Shown: piece after piece, positions 9,048-13,379 of the stretch | How the letters are laid out: each line of letters opens with the position of its first letter | Position numbering within the stretch: position 1 is the first letter of the stretch | Assembly (NCBI GenBank): GCA_965263355.1 | Contig: CBDHHL010000055.1 | Coordinates: 1 to 13,379 of the forward strand | Direction of reading: 5' to 3' | DNA length: 13,379 bases | Source of the DNA: Leptolyngbyaceae cyanobacterium | GTDB lineage: Bacteria > Cyanobacteriota > Cyanobacteriia > Phormidesmidales > Phormidesmidaceae | Translations under genes and position numbers: made by a program | The notes under the pieces: generated by a model | Databases searched by the model: none | The model's input: only the letters and a program-made list of their open reading frames with translations | What the model was told of the DNA's origin: nothing

Positions 9048-10796
9048 ATGGAAACGATAGACTTCTTTACAAAGCCTCAGTCGACCACGCATCGTCAGTA
9101 TGAGGCCCTCCGTGCGTTCTATGTCGAGGGCCAATCAGCCGCAGAGGTGGCAGCGGCATTTGGCTATACGGTCTCATCGTTTTATTCGCTCAATCGAGAC
9201 TTTAAACAACGGCTGGAGACGTCTGAGGCGAGTGAGCAATTCTTCGCAAATCCCGTAAAAGGGCGCAAACCAAAAGACGTCACCGGTACGGTTGAGGCAC
9301 TCATTATCCAGTTACGTCAACAATCTCTGTCAGTGCCTGATATCAAGGCAACCTTGGATGCACAATCCTATCGTGTTTCTGAGAGCACGATTTACACGGT
9401 ACTCAAACAAGCCGGATTTGAACGATTGCCTCGACGCTCCCGTAACCAAAGCCGTGCAGCGTTATCATCGCTAGAACTGAGTGCACCGACTAGCAAACCG
9501 CTGACGTATCTCAATGAGACATTTAGTACGCAACACAGTATCGGATTATTAGGGTTGTTACCCTATTTGCAGCAGTATGGTATTGACCAAGCGATTGTCA
9601 ATTCTGATTACCCTGAAACCCAAGCCGTGAATCGATTAAGCTCTATCTTGAGTTTTGTTGCCTTGAAACTATCCAATATTCGACGCTACGGGGCCGATGA
9701 TCTGTGGTGTATGGATCGGGGATTAGGGTTGTTTGCGGGGCTCAATGTACTGCCCAAAACCGCCTGGTTTTCCGCCTATTCGTATCGGGTTAGTCGGGCG
9801 ATGAATCACACCTTTCTCAAAGCCTTAAACGGCATTTGGCAACAACATGGATTACTCTCAGAGAGTGCTAATCTAGATTTCACCACCCTGCCTCATTGGG
9901 GAGATGCCACCCATCTTGAGAACAACTGGTCAGGGACTCGAAATAAATCGCTCACGAGTCTTTTAGCGGTGTTAGCTCAAGACCCTGATACTGGCCTGAT
10001 TACCTATGGCGATACCACCCTGCGTCATCAGACTAAAAACAAGGTTGTACTCGAATTTGTTGATTTCTATCATACTCATCATAACCATACCCTCAACTAT
10101 TTGATTTTTGATAGCAAATTCACCACCTATGAACAACTTAAACAACTCGATGAACTACCCAACCCCATTAAGTTCATTACTATCCGTCGTCGAGGCAAAC
10201 GAATCGTTGACGAACTCAATGCCCTTCCCAAATCTGCGTGGAAAACGACACGAGTCCAAGCCGCCGATGGGCGTAATCGCACACTCCAAGTCCATGAACA
10301 AACCGTTTTTCTGCAGGGCTATGGAAAGGACATTCGGCAACTCGCCATCGCTGGGACCGGGCGGATTAAACCGGCCTTATTAATCACCAATGATTTTGAC
10401 CTGTCTATCGACCAAGTCATTCGAAAATATGCACGACGGTGGTTGGTCGAGCAAGAAATTGATGAACACATTCAATTTTTCCATCTCAACCGATTGTCGT
10501 CATCTATGGTGATCAAGGTGGACTTCGATCTGACGATGTCTATCCTCGCTCATAATCTTTATCGCCTGCTAGCGTCAGATTTACAGGGCTATACCCATCT
10601 CAATGCCACCTCCTTATTTGAGAAGTTTATCTGTAATTCAGGGCGCATCTGTATTGCTGAGGACGCGATCTCAATTTCGATGAAAAAGAAACGTCATTTG
10701 CCCATCCTGCTGAATGCACTTGAACCGTTTCAAAATCAACCAGTCGCTTGGATGAATAATCGAAAGCTCAGATTCGCAGCAGATGCTTCCTCATAG
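9048..10796 (+). CDS. DDE transposase (582 aa) with N-terminal HTH domains
   Basis: HTH-like segments AAEVAAAFGYTVSSFY and SVPDIKATL...VSESTIYTVLK. Candidate catalytic triad NLDFTT / LIFDSKF / YARRWLVEQ (Y-x2-R-x3-E signature). Lies between the TIRs. Confidence 0.93.
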   Translation: METIDFFTKPQSTTHRQYEALRAFYVEGQSAAEVAAAFGYTVSSFYSLNRDFKQRLETSEASEQFFANPVKGRKPKDVTGTVEALIIQLRQQSLSVPDIKATLDAQSYRVSESTIYTVLKQAGFERLPRRSRNQSRAALSSLELSAPTSKPLTYLNETFSTQHSIGLLGLLPYLQQYGIDQAIVNSDYPETQAVNRLSSILSFVALKLSNIRRYGADDLWCMDRGLGLFAGLNVLPKTAWFSAYSYRVSRAMNHTFLKALNGIWQQHGLLSESANLDFTTLPHWGDATHLENNWSGTRNKSLTSLLAVLAQDPDTGLITYGDTTLRHQTKNKVVLEFVDFYHTHHNHTLNYLIFDSKFTTYEQLKQLDELPNPIKFITIRRRGKRIVDELNALPKSAWKTTRVQAADGRNRTLQVHEQTVFLQGYGKDIRQLAIAGTGRIKPALLITNDFDLSIDQVIRKYARRWLVEQEIDEHIQFFHLNRLSSSMVIKVDFDLTMSILAHNLYRLLASDLQGYTHLNATSLFEKFICNSGRICIAEDAISISMKKKRHLPILLNALEPFQNQPVAWMNNRKLRFAADASS

Positions 10797-10821
10797 CTCT
10801 GATAATTAGGGGCTTTTTTTC

Positions 10822-10837
10822 AACATGAAAATCCGTG
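10822..10837 (-). repeat. Right terminal inverted repeat of the IS
   Basis: Exact reverse complement of 8752-8767. Confidence 0.95.
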
Positions 10838-11093
10838 ATGAAATTTGCCGTTCATCTCGTAGGCCGATCGCAATAATCCGATCCACCTTTGGATCTAACC
10901 CCAGGGTTTCAATGTCCAAATACAGCTTGGAAACCTGCTCATAGGGAACCACTGTAGTTGTTGGATGCCACGGCGTAATCTGAAATGGGCATGGACTATC
11001 AAGGTCTAAGCGCGTCTCATCCACAATCAGGCGAGCTGGATGCTCCAGCCGCTGAACTAAGCTACGCATCTCCGTTGCAGGGATGAGTGGGGA
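10838..11093 (-). pseudogene. polB: Family B DNA polymerase, 5' fragment containing the ExoI motif
   Basis: KLYLDIETLGLDPKVDRIIAIG is a DxE ExoI motif. It joins the 3' fragment in frame once the IS and one ATGAA are removed (...DERQIS-YKITYQDEG...). Candidate ATG at 11069; the frame stays open to the second IS boundary at 11093. Confidence 0.88.
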
Positions 11094-12743
11094 TTGGACT
11101 TTTAACAAAAAAATATTCCAGTTGTCTCTATCTCTGCACTTAGCAGAGGGAATTTAAACTGAAAAAAGATTGTTTTTGATCAGCCGTTAGGCCGCTTTTT
11201 TCGTCTTTTTTTTGCGCCTAAAGGGTCCACGTTTGATAATCGGTCGTCGAGACCGTGGGTCGAAGGTGGTCCCTGAAGAACGTCCAGGGGATTTACCTCG
11301 GGGTTTGACCTCAGCGGCTGGGGTGCCAATCTGCTGAATAATTCGAGCGAAGTCCCGCTGAACCATGGATGGGGTGATGCGTTGTTCCTGATAGTTGGGT
11401 AAGAATCGTTGCCAAGGTTGAGGGAGTGCCTGAGTCAACAAGCGGGCCACCCACAACTGAACATAGGCTAACCAGGAGAATTGCACCCAGGACTCTTCGT
11501 GAATAACCTCGGGGGTTTGTAGCTCATTCATGAGCAGATGTTGCTTTCCAAAACGAATCCCATGTTCGAGCTTGAAGCGCTCACCATAGTCTAAGTAGAC
11601 GGCTTGAGCATCCAGGCATCTGCGAGCTTGCCCAAACACGATTAACCATTGGGGCTTGAAGCATCGATGTCCGCTGGGGTCAGTGATGTGAACCTGCACC
11701 AGATCAAAGGGGTGGGCATTCATCGGTTGGGCTCTTGAGCCTCTCATCAGGAGATCATGCCAGCGCGTGAGGGTCACTCGGCGAGAATGCCCCTTGAGCG
11801 TCGTTATCTCTAGAGTGGTGTGCTCGTCAGGAGTACCCCAGCTGGTCTCATCTTTAAGGTCAAAACGGGCTCCGTACCAACGGGGGTGCCCCCGTCGTTT
11901 CTCAGTCGAGACGGTTGGTAAGCGATAGAAAACGCGATTGGCCCGAGCCCGTGTGATGATGACGCGGTTGGCCTGAGTGCTGAACGGATAGAGGAAGCGA
12001 CGATGGCTATAATCACTATCGGCCACCAACACACAGCAATCATCATGCCAAGGCAACCGCTCATCATTGAGCAGACGCTTGACCTGCTGTTGGCCCACCC
12101 TTGTTTTGCTCTCAAAACTACTGACCCGTTCCACACTCACGGGAATGATCCAACTGGGTCCACCCGCCACCTCGGTTTCTGGAATCGCGGCCATGAGCGA
12201 ATAGTTATGCCCTAAGGTAATCGGTTTTTGCCCCGCAATCACGGTCGGCTTATACACCGATTCACGATCTTTAAGGGTGCGGGCATGGGGGCGACTCACA
12301 GGCGTCACATCGACCCCAAACAACCAGTGCTTGCGATCAGTCGGAACCGGCACCACTGGGGCAATGGCCTCAATCCATACCTGAGGAAAACGATGTTGAG
12401 GGGGACTCCCGTCAGGGCACTCTGAGCCCGTCACTACATCGCGACTTTCTGTTAAGCTGCCGATGGCCGCATAGAGCGCACCATGGGCTCGACGAAACAG
12501 CGGATTGAGACTTAATTCAACCACGCTATTCGCACCGGTATTGGCACATAACGCATCCAACAAATCCATTAGACTGTCGGCACGTTGGCTGAAACTTCTG
12601 TAAAGCTGCTCCCGAAATTGGACAAGAGGGTTGATAAAATCTGCAGTAGTCATGGCAATAGGCAGAGTGTGTTTTTGTTTGCTCTTTATCGCCTATTGCC
12701 GCTTCTTAGTACATCCCTCTCTACATATTTGTACAAAGTCCAA
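11094..12743 (-). mobile_element. IS701-like insertion sequence of about 1650 bp
   Basis: Imperfect TIRs TTGGACTTTtaACAAA (11094-11109) and TTGGACTTTgtACAAA (reverse complement of 12728-12743) flank the transposase. No target duplication visible; ends uncertain by about 2 bp. Confidence 0.8.
11187..12653 (-). CDS. DDE transposase, IS701-like (488 aa)
   Basis: Candidate triad FGVDVTP / VLVADSDYS / YGERFKLEHGIRFGKQ; N-terminal RADSLMDLLDAL...ELSLNPLFRR; basic C-terminal tail KPRGKSPGR, as recalled for cyanobacterial IS701-like transposases. Confidence 0.92.
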   Translation of the reverse strand: MTTADFINPLVQFREQLYRSFSQRADSLMDLLDALCANTGANSVVELSLNPLFRRAHGALYAAIGSLTESRDVVTGSECPDGSPPQHRFPQVWIEAIAPVVPVPTDRKHWLFGVDVTPVSRPHARTLKDRESVYKPTVIAGQKPITLGHNYSLMAAIPETEVAGGPSWIIPVSVERVSSFESKTRVGQQQVKRLLNDERLPWHDDCCVLVADSDYSHRRFLYPFSTQANRVIITRARANRVFYRLPTVSTEKRRGHPRWYGARFDLKDETSWGTPDEHTTLEITTLKGHSRRVTLTRWHDLLMRGSRAQPMNAHPFDLVQVHITDPSGHRCFKPQWLIVFGQARRCLDAQAVYLDYGERFKLEHGIRFGKQHLLMNELQTPEVIHEESWVQFSWLAYVQLWVARLLTQALPQPWQRFLPNYQEQRITPSMVQRDFARIIQQIGTPAAEVKPRGKSPGRSSGTTFDPRSRRPIIKRGPFRRKKKTKKAA

Positions 12744-13069
12744 TCATCTTTTGAAATAGGAATCAATTCTGTATGCCAATATCTCTTAAGTTTTTCAATT
12801 ATTGGGGATTCTGAATTCCAAAAATCAGCAACGATAGAATCGACTAATTTATACTGATAAAGAAACCGTAGCGCATCAAATAATTGAGTTTCTAGTTCAT
12901 CCTTACCACGAGGTTTAACCCAAGAGAATAATAAATTATCGTTATCGGGTTTACGCTGATAGTCATATTTAAAGCATTCCTTTAAAAACGCTAATATATG
13001 TCTGTTAGGAGCAGCGTCTATTAGTAATAACGCTTCAGCTTTTAAGTAGAAATATATCGAGTAAGCCAT
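12686..13069 (-). pseudogene. Hypothetical protein interrupted at its 3' end by the IS701-like element (native part 13069..12744)
   Basis: ATG at 13069 preceded by GAGGT and lying 2 nt after the upstream stop. The final residues (WTLYKYVERDVLRSGNRR) are read from the IS end. Confidence 0.6.
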
Positions 13070-13071
13070 AA

Positions 13072-13281
13072 CTACACCTCTAACCACTGTTCAGACAAAT
13101 CATCTAAATCTTGTTTCCATTGATCAAAGGTTTGGCGCTCTTTCCACACCAAGCCTTCATCAATAAGAAACTCCTCAAACTGAGGTGTGAAAAAGTCGTT
13201 TAATATATTTCTAAATGTCGCGTAACCTATTTTAGTTTCTGGTGTAATAGTCACACTACCTTGATATCTAATTTCTTGCAT
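13072..13281 (-). CDS. Small acidic hypothetical protein (69 aa)
   Basis: ATG start, tightly packed between co-oriented ORFs (6 nt and 2 nt gaps); no family recognised. Confidence 0.6.
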   Translation of the reverse strand: MQEIRYQGSVTITPETKIGYATFRNILNDFFTPQFEEFLIDEGLVWKERQTFDQWKQDLDDLSEQWLEV

Positions 13282-13287
13282 AATTAC

Positions 13288-13379
13288 TTATCTTCCAAAT
13301 CTGTCTATTTGAACTGATACAAAACTGCCAGATATCCATCCAGTTAATAGCCACCAACTAGTCTTGTTACTCAATGGAA
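13288..13379 (-). CDS. 3' end of a hypothetical gene entering from the right edge
   Basis: One minus-strand frame is open from the edge (PLSNKTSWWLLTGWISGSFVSVQIDRFGR) to TAA at 13290-13288, 6 nt before the next ATG. Confidence 0.4.
   Translation of the reverse strand, partial: PLSNKTSWWLLTGWISGSFVSVQIDRFGR

Larger units (their letters stand above)
8752..10837 (+). mobile_element. Complete 2086-bp insertion sequence (DDE, IS4-superfamily-like; exact family uncertain, IS1634/IS1380-like or unclassified) inserted in polB
   Basis: Perfect 16-bp TIRs CACGGATTTTCATGTT (8752-8767) and AACATGAAAATCCGTG (10822-10837); 5-bp direct repeat ATGAA at 8747-8751 and 10838-10842; a single long transposase ORF. 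Confidence 0.95.

Noticed and set aside
7158..11093. Casposon, pipolin or Polinton-like self-synthesising element
   Set aside because: No Cas1, tyrosine recombinase or terminal protein gene in the window, no room for TPR1/TPR2 insertions in the PolB, and the transposases belong to discrete ISs with their own TIRs.
10806..11108. 100-aa ORF as an independent small exonuclease (naturally split polymerase)
   Set aside because: Its first residues come from the IS701-like end and its last residues from the other IS TIR; the ATGAA duplication shows an insertion.
11132..11148. Hairpin CTCTGC-ACTTA-GCAGAG downstream of the IS701-like transposase as a terminator
   Set aside because: Only a 6-bp stem and no U-tract directly after it on the transposase strand.
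7173..12857. Other small ORFs overlapping polB and the transposases (7173-7427, 8444-8764, 8481-8750, 9292-9474, 10108-10383, 10155-10340, 11810-12136, 12003-12215, 12228-12425, 12585-12857)
   Set aside because: Overlap better-supported genes or span IS junctions; no motifs.
13288..13379. GWISGSFV as the end of a second SH3b domain
   Set aside because: Only about 29 residues are visible; too little to call.
1..13379. CRISPR array, tRNA, rRNA, or a gasdermin/Craspase partner for the CHAT protease
   Set aside because: No regularly spaced direct repeats, RNA gene signatures, cas genes or gasdermin-like ORF seen.

Overview
Accessory, mosaic region that is most likely cyanobacterial (three HIP1 octamers, a COP23 gene, a cyanobacterial-type TPR-CHAT gene) and possibly plasmid-borne. 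From left to right: (1) a membrane-anchored NACHT/STAND-like P-loop gene with a 1-nt frameshift, running off the left edge; (2) a NERD nuclease-UvrD/SF1 helicase; (3) a divergent AT-rich pair encoding a COP23-domain protein and a 1002-aa TPR-CHAT caspase-like protease with a transmembrane hairpin inserted in it and a C-terminal SH3b-like domain; (4) a compact family B DNA polymerase with a C-terminal beta-clamp-like motif, cleanly split by a 2086-bp IS (16-bp perfect TIRs, 5-bp ATGAA duplication; removing it restores the frame); (5) a second, IS701-like element of about 1650 bp with no target duplication, abutting the polB 5' region and interrupting a small AT-rich gene cluster. The most interesting items are the COP23 plus predicted extracytoplasmic CHAT protease module, the reconstructable PolB, and the bipartite ends of the first IS. 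All family calls come from motifs recognised by eye; no database searches were run.
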